From IMG/VR virus record IMGVR_UViG_3300042348_000780: a stretch of DNA of 64,000 nt. One strand, written 5' to 3'. The DNA comes from a virus. Under the pieces are notes generated by a model. That model saw only the letters and a program-made list of their open reading frames with translations, had not been told where the DNA came from and searched no databases. Both the position numbers and the translations under genes were made by a program. Below are positions 14,038 to 23,348 of the stretch, in pieces. Numbering within the stretch: the first letter of the stretch is position 1; each line of letters begins with the position of its first letter.

Positions 14038-14367
14038 ATGAGTGATAATATTAAAATTTTGCGTTTGAATTCTGGTGAAGAAATTATTTGTTCATACACA
14101 GTCACAGAGACTAGTGAAAATATTTTTTATAATTTGATGAGTCCTGCGATTCTTATTCCAGGACCAGAAGGTAAACTTATGTTTGCTCGTTGGCTTCCAT
14201 ATGTAAAGCAAGAAAATGGAATCTCCATTCCAAAGAGTACAGTTGTATTCGAAGCAGAACCTATGGATGACCTTAAGGATCACTACACATCAGTAGTTGT
14301 GAATAATATCTTCATTCCCCAAAAGAAGATTGCTGGTCCTGGAGATCTCAAGTTAGCACTTGACTAA
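14038..14367 (+). CDS. Conserved T4-like phage protein (Sm-like fold)
   Basis: IKILRLNSGEEII...P...FARWLPY pattern common in T4-like phages. Confidence 0.65.
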   Translation: MSDNIKILRLNSGEEIICSYTVTETSENIFYNLMSPAILIPGPEGKLMFARWLPYVKQENGISIPKSTVVFEAEPMDDLKDHYTSVVVNNIFIPQKKIAGPGDLKLALD

Positions 14368-14829
14368 TTATATTTGAAATAAACCATGATCAAATTCCCA
14401 ATGACAATTTGGGCATAAAGCAATTAAATTTTGATCATGGTTTATTTCACTCAATAAAGTATCCTCTGGAAAAGAACTTATTGGTTTTATATGACAAGCT
14501 TCAATATGTTTATCATAACCACAATGTTCACATTTGAAAGATGATTTAATTTTATTTGTTGCTCTTGCTCTTGCTCTAACTAAAGCGAATGCAGATGATT
14601 TATGACCTTTATCATAAATTGCTTCTTTTAATGTTAAATCTTTAGCAGAATTAAATTCTATAAAACATTCTTTACAGTAAGTTCTACTAGATTGTATTTT
14701 ATTATTACATGTTTTGCATAATTTTTTAACTTTTCTTTTTGGATTTTTATTAGAAATTTTAGCAGAACAGGATCTTGAGCAAAATTTTGGGTTATTGGTA
14801 ATATTATTACAGTAAAGACATCTTGACAT
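14368..14829 (-). CDS. HNH endonuclease with Zn-finger N-terminus
   Basis: FCSRSC; CEHCGYDKHIEACHIKPI...NLIALCPNCHWEFD. Confidence 0.9.
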   Translation of the reverse strand: MSRCLYCNNITNNPKFCSRSCSAKISNKNPKRKVKKLCKTCNNKIQSSRTYCKECFIEFNSAKDLTLKEAIYDKGHKSSAFALVRARARATNKIKSSFKCEHCGYDKHIEACHIKPISSFPEDTLLSEINHDQNLIALCPNCHWEFDHGLFQI

Positions 14830-14850
14830 AATTGAACCTTTGTGTATAAT
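14823..14850 (+). promoter_or_regulatory. sigma70 promoter for tRNA-Arg
   Basis: TTGACA-16-TATAAT. Confidence 0.8.
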
Positions 14851-14874
14851 ATATAGATAAGTAGTTGTTTCGAT

Positions 14875-14949
14875 GCGGGTGTATCGGCTCTGCCTTCTAA
14901 GCAGAAGTACCGTAATTGGATGATGTAGGTTCGATCCCTATCACCCGTG
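14875..14949 (+). tRNA. Atypical tRNA-Arg(UCU) lacking a D arm
   Basis: GCGGGTG/CACCCGT-G acceptor; TCTGC-CT-TCT-AA-GCAGA; GTAGG-TTCGATC-CCTAT; only 7 nt between acceptor and anticodon stems. Confidence 0.7.
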
Positions 14950-14966
14950 CTTTAAAAGGAGAAAAT

Positions 14967-15314
14967 ATGCGTAATTCAAGTATTGTTCTATCTATCGTGG
15001 CATTGGCCGTTTTAGTTTTTAGTTTTATTGCTTCATATTACACAAAGAATACACAAGTAATACCTATAGGAAGTCTTGTTTGTGTAGGGCTTATTGCTGT
15101 CAGCACACTTCTTTGTTGTCTATCTACGCCGTCAGAGGCTAAGAAGCGTGATGAAGCTTATTCATTCAATGAAGAAATGCGATCTGTATGGGAACGATTC
15201 CGATTCATTGAAGATCAAATGAATGATTTGAATACTGATTCTAATCGTTTTTATGATCAGCAGATTCAAGAAGTACATAATCGTCTAGATAGTCTAGACT
15301 CAAAACGAAAGTAA
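14967..15314 (+). CDS. Membrane protein with two TM helices and coiled-coil tail (start re-called)
   Basis: AGGAGA SD before ATG 14967; two hydrophobic segments. Confidence 0.7.
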   Translation: MRNSSIVLSIVALAVLVFSFIASYYTKNTQVIPIGSLVCVGLIAVSTLLCCLSTPSEAKKRDEAYSFNEEMRSVWERFRFIEDQMNDLNTDSNRFYDQQIQEVHNRLDSLDSKRK

Positions 15315-15330
15315 ATTAATTTACTTTTCG

Positions 15331-15362
15331 AAACCCAGTTGAGAAATCAACTGGGTTTTTTT
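15331..15362 (+). terminator. Rho-independent terminator
   Basis: AAACCCAGTTGA-GAAA-TCAACTGGGTTT plus T run. Confidence 0.9.
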
Positions 15363-15380
15363 ATTTAAATAAATAATTTT

Positions 15381-15602
15381 ATGTATGAGTTATCATTTAG
15401 TTTCAACTTTACATTATTTGGCGGAAAGCCCAAAAGAGATGTAGAAAAAATTGAAGAATGTAAAGTTTCATCATATGATGTAAATAATGATGAAGTTTAC
15501 CTAAATGTTATTTGTGATTCACAGGCTACTGTTGATAAACTTAAGCAATACTTTGCCATAAGATATGAAATATTTCCAAAAAAAGAAATAAAGATATCTT
15601 AA
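15381..15602 (+). CDS. Hypothetical protein
   Basis: 73-aa ORF; AATAAATA 5 nt before ATG. Confidence 0.6.
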   Translation: MYELSFSFNFTLFGGKPKRDVEKIEECKVSSYDVNNDEVYLNVICDSQATVDKLKQYFAIRYEIFPKKEIKIS

Positions 15603-16609
15603 CGTATTCTTGATTGCGATAGCTGTGTTGTTACATTGTTTAAAATTGCTTTAGTGTCTCTAGCTATTATAGAGAGTTCTTCAATTGGTGTTGTTCGTTT
15701 CACCACCACATCAACGTCTGGACAATAAATTCCTTTTGTAAAAGTAGAAATTTCATTTAAATTTTTATTTTTTCTACATTCACATTGAAGTTCTGTTTGA
15801 TTATCGTAGCAGAAAGCAACACCTGATTTTGTAACATTACATTTTCCAGTAATTACATTATCGAAATCTGTTATATTTGTAAAGTTTTGATTTTTGATAT
15901 AAATCACAACATTGGTTAATGATGTTGTTAAATCTTGAATGCTTAAATCACCCAATATTTCAACAATCTCTTTTCCTTCTTCATCTATAAAAATATCAAT
16001 AATTTCAAATTTTTTAGACGATATTGATAAAGAAACATAGTCACCTATATTTGCCCCAAGATATGAGAAAGAATTTTTTGAATTTTTTCCAAGATGATTT
16101 ACTATATGGGAGATTGGAATATCATCTTGAGTTGTATTTACTAATATTGTAAAATTTGGAACATCTACAAAATACTTTTTATCATACCTCTTAATATTAG
16201 TTTCAAATTCTTCAACATCAACTACATTAGCAAATAAAATATTATTCTGAAAAACATTAATTGTATATGTTCCATTTAATGATATTTTATTTTTAAATAA
16301 TTCTGTATTAACCCATTCAGATTGCTCAACTGTAAAAGTTTGACCAGTTAAATTTAAAGTAAAAAATTCCTTTATCTGCTCATCCGTAGTAGAATTTTTA
16401 TAATCTGAAAAATCAATCATCACCTTAGTATCATTATCATAAAAATAAAAATTAGGAGAGGCAACAATTCCTCTTTTATATGATGATGCTTCTAGTATTT
16501 TTTTCTGAATTTTCAATCCATAAAAAGAACCACTTCGGACAGAAATAAAATCTTTTCCCTGTCCTTGTGGTCTATTATTTTGCTTGGATATATTAGACTT
16601 TGAAATCAT
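15599..16609 (-). CDS. Hypothetical protein, probably virion-associated
   Basis: 336-aa ORF coupled to the upstream gene. Confidence 0.7.
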   Translation of the reverse strand: MISKSNISKQNNRPQGQGKDFISVRSGSFYGLKIQKKILEASSYKRGIVASPNFYFYDNDTKVMIDFSDYKNSTTDEQIKEFFTLNLTGQTFTVEQSEWVNTELFKNKISLNGTYTINVFQNNILFANVVDVEEFETNIKRYDKKYFVDVPNFTILVNTTQDDIPISHIVNHLGKNSKNSFSYLGANIGDYVSLSISSKKFEIIDIFIDEEGKEIVEILGDLSIQDLTTSLTNVVIYIKNQNFTNITDFDNVITGKCNVTKSGVAFCYDNQTELQCECRKNKNLNEISTFTKGIYCPDVDVVVKRTTPIEELSIIARDTKAILNNVTTQLSQSRIR

Positions 16610-17883
16610 GAAGCAATGTAATTAATTTTTTGCCCTGAAGTTGCGGAAGAAGCATATACTTTATTTAAATTGTCTATTTCAAAGAAAATTGATTCACCTG
16701 GATCTAGAGGGAATCCAGACGTTGAAGATGTTGAAAGAGAACTACTTCCAACAAAAATTGTAGAAATATTTGTTAAAGGTGCTTTTATGTGTATACCACT
16801 CTTCAATGGAGTAGATGTAGAAACAATTATACTTGCAGTGGTTGTTAAATCTTTATAACCACTGTATAGTTTTGTTGGTTTAATTATTTCTGTAATTTTA
16901 GCTGTTATTGTACCAGCAGATAATTTATCATTGATAGTTGATATTACAGAGGTATTTGTTTTTATTGATGCTAAGTTTGATACTATCGGTTTTGATGTTG
17001 ATTCTAATGAATTTATAATGTCAGCATCATCGATTACAACTGTACCAGTTACACCTACAGGAAGAGCAGTCGTAGCAGTAACATCTATCGCACCACTTCC
17101 AATAGTACCTTTGACTAAAATTGGACTATCTGAAGTAACTCCACTTCCTATTACTTTTAGTGGTAAACCGTTTCCGTTGGTTACACCGACTACTGGATTT
17201 ATTGTGACTGTAGCACTAATACCAGCACCAATCACATTTACATTGAGAGCATCACCAGAATACCCTAAAGTGGCACCATCGCTCGCGTAGAGCTTCGTTA
17301 AGACTTTGCTTCCAGAATCAGAGCCATAGACTCTAACACTGTCTGTGGCCGCTGCAAGGCCAAATCCGCCGCATATACCGACGTATCCTGTTACGGTCAC
17401 GCTGTCTCTTGAACTTGATAATGGTCTTCCACCAGTAATACCTACAGCAACTCCACCACTTAAACCTTGTATAGTGACTGTATTTGCTATATTGACAGAA
17501 CCAGTAACTCCTAGTAAAATACCGTTTGTAGTACCCTGAATATGACCAGTTACTGGTACGCTTTGATAACCACTAATTGATCCACTCGGGCCACCTACAA
17601 CAAGATATGTTCCAGATCTATTACTTACAGAAACAGAACCAGTTATGGCTCCAAAGGTAACTCCAATAACATTAGATCCACCTGTTACTCCTAAAATACT
17701 AACAGGTAATGGCGTTGATTCGGTTACTCTGAAAGCCTGGGCATCTGAACCCCAGACAACTTTTTGTAATGGGATGTGTGCTAATGATAAGCCAGTACCA
17801 CTTGTACCATAATCGGTTCCAAGTATAGCTGTGGCATCATATGTTGTAATAATAATGTTACTACTTGTATCGGCTGTTGGCAT
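16606..17883 (-). CDS. Gly/Ser/Thr/Val-rich virion fibre-like protein
   Basis: Repeated VGVTG/GITG motifs. Confidence 0.65.
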   Translation of the reverse strand: MPTADTSSNIIITTYDATAILGTDYGTSGTGLSLAHIPLQKVVWGSDAQAFRVTESTPLPVSILGVTGGSNVIGVTFGAITGSVSVSNRSGTYLVVGGPSGSISGYQSVPVTGHIQGTTNGILLGVTGSVNIANTVTIQGLSGGVAVGITGGRPLSSSRDSVTVTGYVGICGGFGLAAATDSVRVYGSDSGSKVLTKLYASDGATLGYSGDALNVNVIGAGISATVTINPVVGVTNGNGLPLKVIGSGVTSDSPILVKGTIGSGAIDVTATTALPVGVTGTVVIDDADIINSLESTSKPIVSNLASIKTNTSVISTINDKLSAGTITAKITEIIKPTKLYSGYKDLTTTASIIVSTSTPLKSGIHIKAPLTNISTIFVGSSSLSTSSTSGFPLDPGESIFFEIDNLNKVYASSATSGQKINYIAS

Positions 17884-17917
17884 ATAAAACCCTTATAAAA
17901 TATATATAAAGATTACC

Positions 17918-18145
17918 ATGATATTTGATATTACAAAAGAAGAGTTCTCCCGTAAGGTTGAAGATACCGTTAAGCGTTACAAGTATTCATATATTGATGC
18001 TGTAATTCATAATCTAGAACAATCGTCAATTGACTTAACAGTGGCTCCAAAATTATTAACTAAACCTCTAATAGAAAAGATAGAAAAAGAGGGATTGGAA
18101 ATAAATTTAATTAGAAAGCCAAAAAATCGATTGCCGTTTGCTTGA
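17918..18145 (+). CDS. gp33: Late transcription coactivator gp33
   Basis: FS..VE..V.....SYIDAV...KLL.KPL.EKIE.E...IN...LP; adjacent to gp32. Confidence 0.85.
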   Translation: MIFDITKEEFSRKVEDTVKRYKYSYIDAVIHNLEQSSIDLTVAPKLLTKPLIEKIEKEGLEINLIRKPKNRLPFA

Positions 18146-18169
18146 CATATAACCTAAATATAGTATAAT
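18142..18169 (+). promoter_or_regulatory. sigma70 promoter for gp32
   Basis: TTGACA-16-TATAAT. Confidence 0.8.
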
Positions 18170-18236
18170 TCAGTGGTAGGGAGTTCCTACCTGTGTATAA
18201 AAGTCCGAAGGAGATCTTCGGGGAAAGTAAAAAAAT

Positions 18237-19130
18237 ATGAGTTCATTTAAAGATTTCAAGAACAAGTCAAAGAATAGTATTAGTGATCTTATGAAGAAGT
18301 TGGATGAATCATCCAAGAAGGATTACAAGGATGATCGTTTCTGGCGTTTGGAACAAGATAAGATGGGAAACGGATTCGCAGTGATTCGGTTTCTCCCAGA
18401 AATCAACGGTGAAGAATGCCCATGGGTGAAGCTTTTTTCACACGCATTCCAAGGACCAGGTGGTTGGTATATTGAAAATTCTCTTACAACCCTTAACCAA
18501 AAGGATCCAGTAAGTGAGTTGAATACTCAACTTTGGAACACTGGTTCTGAAGAAGATAAGAATATTGCACGAAATCGTAAGCGCAAGACAACATATATTT
18601 CCAATATCCTTGTAATTAAGGATGAAGCAAATCCTCAAAATGAAGGTAAGGTTTTCTTGTTTAAGTATGGCACAAAGATTTTTGATAAGATTCAAGAAAA
18701 GATGAAGCCAGAATTTAAGGATGAGGAACCAATTAATCCATTTGATTTTTGGGGTGGATGCAACTTCAAGTTGAAGATGCGTAAGATTGGTGGATATACA
18801 AATTATGATAAGTCTGAATTTGATTCACCAAGTCCTCTTTTTGGTGGGGATGATGCAAAGATTGAAACTATTTGGAATAAGCAAAATTCATTGAATGAAT
18901 TCATTGCTCCAAATAATTTCAAGTCTTATGATGATCTCAAGAAGCGTCTTTATGATGTTCTTGGTGGAGATATTCGAGGCAGTGCTGGTAATGAAAAGAC
19001 TGCTGAAGATCTTGATGAAAATGATTTCCAACAAAAACCATCAAGTCTTAAGCAAAAGCCAAAGGCAGAAGATTCTGCTGATGAAGAAATTGATGCATTA
19101 AGTTATTTTGAACAATTCAAAAACGCTTAA
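18237..19130 (+). CDS. gp32: Single-stranded DNA-binding protein gp32
   Basis: DDRFW...GNGFAVIRFLP...HAFQGPGGWYIENSLTTL...GCNFKLK...NYDKSEF; acidic tail. Confidence 0.97.
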   Translation: MSSFKDFKNKSKNSISDLMKKLDESSKKDYKDDRFWRLEQDKMGNGFAVIRFLPEINGEECPWVKLFSHAFQGPGGWYIENSLTTLNQKDPVSELNTQLWNTGSEEDKNIARNRKRKTTYISNILVIKDEANPQNEGKVFLFKYGTKIFDKIQEKMKPEFKDEEPINPFDFWGGCNFKLKMRKIGGYTNYDKSEFDSPSPLFGGDDAKIETIWNKQNSLNEFIAPNNFKSYDDLKKRLYDVLGGDIRGSAGNEKTAEDLDENDFQQKPSSLKQKPKAEDSADEEIDALSYFEQFKNA

Positions 19131-19147
19131 TCAATAAAATCCATTAA

Positions 19148-20482
19148 TTATCCGACAGTCGTTCTCCATTCTGGAGGCGACTGTTTTTTTATTGCTGAAC
19201 TAGTGAATAAAGGAGCATCTATTTTTTCTTTTATTAACAAATCTGGTTTATATAGTTCATCAATTTCTTTTACAGATATTTTATTAGATACTTCAGATTT
19301 TGTAATTTCATTCATAGGAATTAAAGGCTTGTCTGGATTATATCCTTCCTCTATTTCCATTTTATTTTTAGATTGTTCAGAATCTGATTCTAATGTGCTA
19401 GTTGGTTTATTTATTGAAAGATTCGTATTTGGTGTATTTTTCATCAATCGTTCAGAAAATGATTTAGATTCTTTTTGACTTAAAATAACTTCACCTTTAT
19501 GAATCTTACCTATACTTTCGGTTGTGGTAGGACCACCAGTACCTTCTTGGTAAGCTGGTAGTGCATATATTATTTTATTTTTTTCTATATTAGTTGGATT
19601 AAATTTAGAAAAATTTATTACATAATTTTTATTTTGAATTTGTTTATTTGAAATTAAGTTATTTTTATTCACATACGATGTATGATTTTCAATCTTTTGA
19701 ATATTTGATCTTTGAGATTCAATTTTATTTTTGTTTAATTTTACATTATTACTTTTTTCAATAACGGTTTTATTTAATTGTATATTATTACCTTTTTCAA
19801 TAACGGTTTTATTTAATTGTACATTATTTCCTTTTTTAAGATCGGCTTTATTTAATTTTACGTTTTTTTGTAATTTTTTAAGTTGTTCTTTAGAAGGAAT
19901 TGTTATTTTTTTCTCATCAATTTCAAACTCTTGATTGTAAATATTTTGTATATTTAAATTTTTAATTTGTTCAGGTTTTGTAATTAATTTTATATTATAA
20001 TTTTTGAATAACTCAAAAGTTTTATTTGTATTTTTTGAGTTATTGATATTTTTATTTAAAATAAATTTTGAACTTGAGCTTTCTGATTTATTTGGTTCTA
20101 GAGAAATTTTATCTAATTGATGTTTTTCTATATTTTTTTGATTATAACCAATATTTTTTGCGTTTTTCTTATCATATTCCAATTTAAGTGGTTGTTTTTT
20201 ATCAGATTTGCTAGAAATTGATGAATAAGTTATAATATTATTGATTTTTTCTATATTTTTTGGTTCAAAATTTTCATTTTTTATATTTTTTACAACAATA
20301 AAAGATTTATCTTTAGTATTAGCAACTACTTTATCAAATGTTTTTTCATTATTTTCTTCTGATGGAACATTTTTAATTAAATTAATAGAATTATTAAAAC
20401 TTTCGACTTGTATTAGTCTTTTAAAAAATAATTTTTTAAGTTTATTTTTTAGTTTTTCGAATTCTATTTTTTTATTTTTCAT
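19148..20482 (-). CDS. Lys/Asn-rich protein, possibly tape-measure/baseplate-hub related
   Basis: Follows gp51; LPAYQEG.GG...IHKGEVIL motif; 13-aa repeats. Confidence 0.45.
   Translation of the reverse strand: MKNKKIEFEKLKNKLKKLFFKRLIQVESFNNSINLIKNVPSEENNEKTFDKVVANTKDKSFIVVKNIKNENFEPKNIEKINNIITYSSISSKSDKKQPLKLEYDKKNAKNIGYNQKNIEKHQLDKISLEPNKSESSSSKFILNKNINNSKNTNKTFELFKNYNIKLITKPEQIKNLNIQNIYNQEFEIDEKKITIPSKEQLKKLQKNVKLNKADLKKGNNVQLNKTVIEKGNNIQLNKTVIEKSNNVKLNKNKIESQRSNIQKIENHTSYVNKNNLISNKQIQNKNYVINFSKFNPTNIEKNKIIYALPAYQEGTGGPTTTESIGKIHKGEVILSQKESKSFSERLMKNTPNTNLSINKPTSTLESDSEQSKNKMEIEEGYNPDKPLIPMNEITKSEVSNKISVKEIDELYKPDLLIKEKIDAPLFTSSAIKKQSPPEWRTTVG
19733..19870 (-). repeat. About 3.5 tandem 39-bp coding repeats
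   Basis: KNVKLNKADLKKG / NNVQLNKTVIEKG / NNIQLNKTVIEKS / NNVKLNK. Confidence 0.75.
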
Positions 20483-20661
20483 CTTACACCCTTAGATTTC
20501 TTATTTGCTGTCTCTTGTAATGTTTTTAAATTTTCATTTTCTATGTACTGCCTCAGTTGTTCAACATATATGTCTCTTTCCCATGGCATCATATATTCAA
20601 TTTCATTTAATGAATATTTGTGATGTTGCATCATTTGGAAATTTAAGTCAAAATATGACAT
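20479..20661 (-). CDS. gp51: Baseplate hub assembly catalyst gp51-like
   Basis: NFQMMQHHKYSL.EIE.MMPWERDIYV. Confidence 0.85.
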   Translation of the reverse strand: MSYFDLNFQMMQHHKYSLNEIEYMMPWERDIYVEQLRQYIENENLKTLQETANKKSKGVR

Positions 20662-20666
20662 TAGAC

Positions 20667-21386
20667 TTATATGACTGAGGCTAATGTGAAAAAATCGTCA
20701 ATACCCGATAAAACAATTTTTCTTTCTATATTATCTGAAGTCGTATAAGCAATTTCATACTCATATTTTGGTAGATTATCAAAATAATCTATAATTTTAC
20801 CAAATTGCTTCTGTGTCAATAACATAATACTGTTGATTTTATCTTCTTCAGTATAACTATTTGCATCAATTGATTCATCTTTTTTATGAATATTTGTTAA
20901 ACATCTAGCAGTTAATTTAATCATATCATCATAAGAAAAGTCTTTCTTTTCAAAATCTTCTATATCACTATATGAAGGTGGTTTAAATTCAAAAATTAAA
21001 TCGTCAGATATTTTTACTCTATTCGAATATTTTTCAAGACCTGTAATTTTAATATCATTTAAATTTAGATTTAAATTTATTTTTTCATTGGTTTCTGGAC
21101 ATATAAATTTAGCATCAATTATTTCACCTACAGATTTTGATCTTAGTTGTACATAAAAATAATCAAATTCATATGTAGGTAATGTTTCAATATTAATATC
21201 ATAATAACATGAACTTAATACTTCTGTTATTCCAGAAATAATATCATTTCTTGTGCCAAGTTCTTGGCACATAAGTAGTTTCTTTTCTTCCTTTACTAAT
21301 ATTGGTCTAAAATAAACTAATTTATTTGTAGTTGGTCTTTTAAAAGAAAAACGTGGTAAGCTGTCGATCAATGTTTTTTGAATCAT
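20667..21386 (-). CDS. gp26: Baseplate hub assembly protein gp26
   Basis: FRP.LVKEEK.LL...LRSKSVGE...CP...G..DFF. Confidence 0.9.
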   Translation of the reverse strand: MIQKTLIDSLPRFSFKRPTTNKLVYFRPILVKEEKKLLMCQELGTRNDIISGITEVLSSCYYDINIETLPTYEFDYFYVQLRSKSVGEIIDAKFICPETNEKINLNLNLNDIKITGLEKYSNRVKISDDLIFEFKPPSYSDIEDFEKKDFSYDDMIKLTARCLTNIHKKDESIDANSYTEEDKINSIMLLTQKQFGKIIDYFDNLPKYEYEIAYTTSDNIERKIVLSGIDDFFTLASVI

Positions 21387-21388
21387 AA

Positions 21389-21979
21389 TTACATGTCCCT
21401 ATTTTGATGTGTTGTCGCTGGTGTTATATTATTTATTTTATAATAACGATAACTAAAATTAACAGTAAAAATTGTATAACCAGAATTATCAGCACTAAAT
21501 GAAGTTGGAGTTATTAATAATGGATATGCATCAAAAAATGTAAATGCGCATAAAACATTTTCTTCTATTTTTTCTCTTGAATAAAATTCAAGTTGAATCG
21601 TTCTTAGTCGTTTGATTAAATCTTTTGGAAATATATCTGAAGATTGAACACCCGAATTTACTTTAGTATAAGGCATAACTGCATCCATCCAGGTTTCAAT
21701 ATATCCACGTTCAATCCAATCTTGGTATACAATAAAATTTACAGATAATTCATTATATTCTCTTCTCAGAGGTAGTGTAAATTCTGGACCATAATATGCA
21801 AATGGAGTGTTAATAAAATTTCTTCCAGGTAATAACACACTATCTGGATATAAAACCATAGTTGGAGAAGAACCAGAATTAGTTTCTCCTGGAGAAATTG
21901 TCATTCTGTAATTTGAAGGACTCTGAACAAATTTACGACTTTCAATATAATTTTTGTAGTCGCTTATTGTTAAAGGCAT
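21389..21979 (-). CDS. Tail tube initiator gp54-like
   Basis: Tail-tube-like motifs (V.LPGR...YGP...E.WMD...DAYP...V.FSYR); synteny. Confidence 0.7.
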   Translation of the reverse strand: MPLTISDYKNYIESRKFVQSPSNYRMTISPGETNSGSSPTMVLYPDSVLLPGRNFINTPFAYYGPEFTLPLRREYNELSVNFIVYQDWIERGYIETWMDAVMPYTKVNSGVQSSDIFPKDLIKRLRTIQLEFYSREKIEENVLCAFTFFDAYPLLITPTSFSADNSGYTIFTVNFSYRYYKINNITPATTHQNRDM

Positions 21980-22410
21980 TAGAATAAATCCTTTTCTGTT
22001 AAAATTTTAAACTTTATTCCATGATCTCTACAAAACTTATCAGCAGACTTCCATTTTTCTACATTTATGGCATATGTCATGGTTTCAGTAATCATGGTTT
22101 TTTTAGATTTTTTACCCTTTTCTGGAATTTTTGTTTGTTTTTCAGGTTTGATTTCAATCATTAGAGTGTCTATAGAACCATCTGCATTCTGCTTCTCTAC
22201 TAAAAAATCTGGTATATAGAAGTGAACTTGGTTATCTACTGGTGATAAATATGGTATTTTTAATGGTTCAGAAGCCCATCCAATGATATTTTTATTTTCA
22301 TCAAGATATTTACAAAACTTTCTTTCCCACAAAGAACGACACGTTATATTTTCGTGATTTCCTTTGTATTTGTTTTTATTTTTGGGTAAATATTTAGTTC
22401 TGTATGCCAT
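21979..22410 (-). CDS. gp4: Head completion nuclease gp4 (TnsA-like)
   Basis: KY.G....I..RSLWERKF..YLD.N..I..W.SE...IPY.SP.D...H.Y.PDF...EIKP. Confidence 0.92.
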   Translation of the reverse strand: MAYRTKYLPKNKNKYKGNHENITCRSLWERKFCKYLDENKNIIGWASEPLKIPYLSPVDNQVHFYIPDFLVEKQNADGSIDTLMIEIKPEKQTKIPEKGKKSKKTMITETMTYAINVEKWKSADKFCRDHGIKFKILTEKDLF

Positions 22411-22424
22411 AATATATATTTAGT

Positions 22425-23348
22425 ATGGCAACATCAGATCCATTAAAATTTAGTTCAGCAATGATTTATCCTACCAGTAGGTTGGTGAATTCTAACGAAG
22501 AGCAGAGAAATAAAACTATGTTTCTCAAGCTTTGTTGTAGACGTTGGCTAGATACTGTTACTTCTAGTGGTTATGGTTTAATAAACCCTAATGATGTATA
22601 TTCTGGTATGGATGAAAAAATAGCTACTATATTCGTTCCAGTACCAAAACAATTAGTAAGTTCAACGAATATAAAATACACAGACGACACAACAACTGTT
22701 ACATCACTTAAATCATTTGGTGTAGGTGCTCTTGAATTAATAACTGAAGGACTTGGTATAAAAAAGGCAGTTGCCACTCAAACAGAGGGTAGAAGAGATA
22801 TTGATAATACACAAACTCTTTTTTCAAATGCAGAAAAACGATCATTTAATTTAAGTTTTACACTTTTAGCGACAACTACAGAAGAAGCAAGAGAAGTAGC
22901 ACTTATCGCTAATACCTTTCATGCTCTAGCACTACCTACACTCAAAGTATCTTCAGCAGAATCTACTGGTTCTGTTTCTGCTTCTGCTGGTGGTGGTGCA
23001 GCGATTGGAGCTGTAGCTGGTCCAGTTGGTATTGTTATTGGTGCTGCTGTAGGAGCAGTTGGAAGTTTAATCAAAATTGATAAAGGTTATTCTCCACCAT
23101 TATGGAGATTTGGTGTTGGTATGGGATTAACTGGTAAGATAGATCCATCTTGGCTTGGTCAAATACAGCTATGTGTTTTAAAATCTGTAAGTATAAATAC
23201 AGCTGCTGGAGGAAGTCCATATTCAATAGAAGATAGCGGAAATATGCCAAAACCATTATTAACTAGCTTTTCATTATCATTTACAGAAGTAGATCCAGTT
23301 TATCGTCTTGAAGATGGCATTACAATAATTTCTAAGAACTCAGTCTAA
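22425..23348 (+). CDS. Baseplate tail tube cap gp48-like
   Basis: F....RSF.LSF.L......EA...CVL.SV.IN...LSF.E; lies between gp4 and gp53. Confidence 0.7.
   Translation: MATSDPLKFSSAMIYPTSRLVNSNEEQRNKTMFLKLCCRRWLDTVTSSGYGLINPNDVYSGMDEKIATIFVPVPKQLVSSTNIKYTDDTTTVTSLKSFGVGALELITEGLGIKKAVATQTEGRRDIDNTQTLFSNAEKRSFNLSFTLLATTTEEAREVALIANTFHALALPTLKVSSAESTGSVSASAGGGAAIGAVAGPVGIVIGAAVGAVGSLIKIDKGYSPPLWRFGVGMGLTGKIDPSWLGQIQLCVLKSVSINTAAGGSPYSIEDSGNMPKPLLTSFSLSFTEVDPVYRLEDGITIISKNSV

Noticed and set aside
14916-14966. N-terminal extension of ORF 14916-15314
   Set aside because: It overlaps the tRNA-Arg T arm; an SD supports ATG 14967.
18237-18270. gp32 N-terminus MSSFKDFKNK as another capsid-targeting tag
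   Set aside because: It lacks the (I/L)xE cleavage motif and matches the usual MSF..LK start of gp32 proteins.
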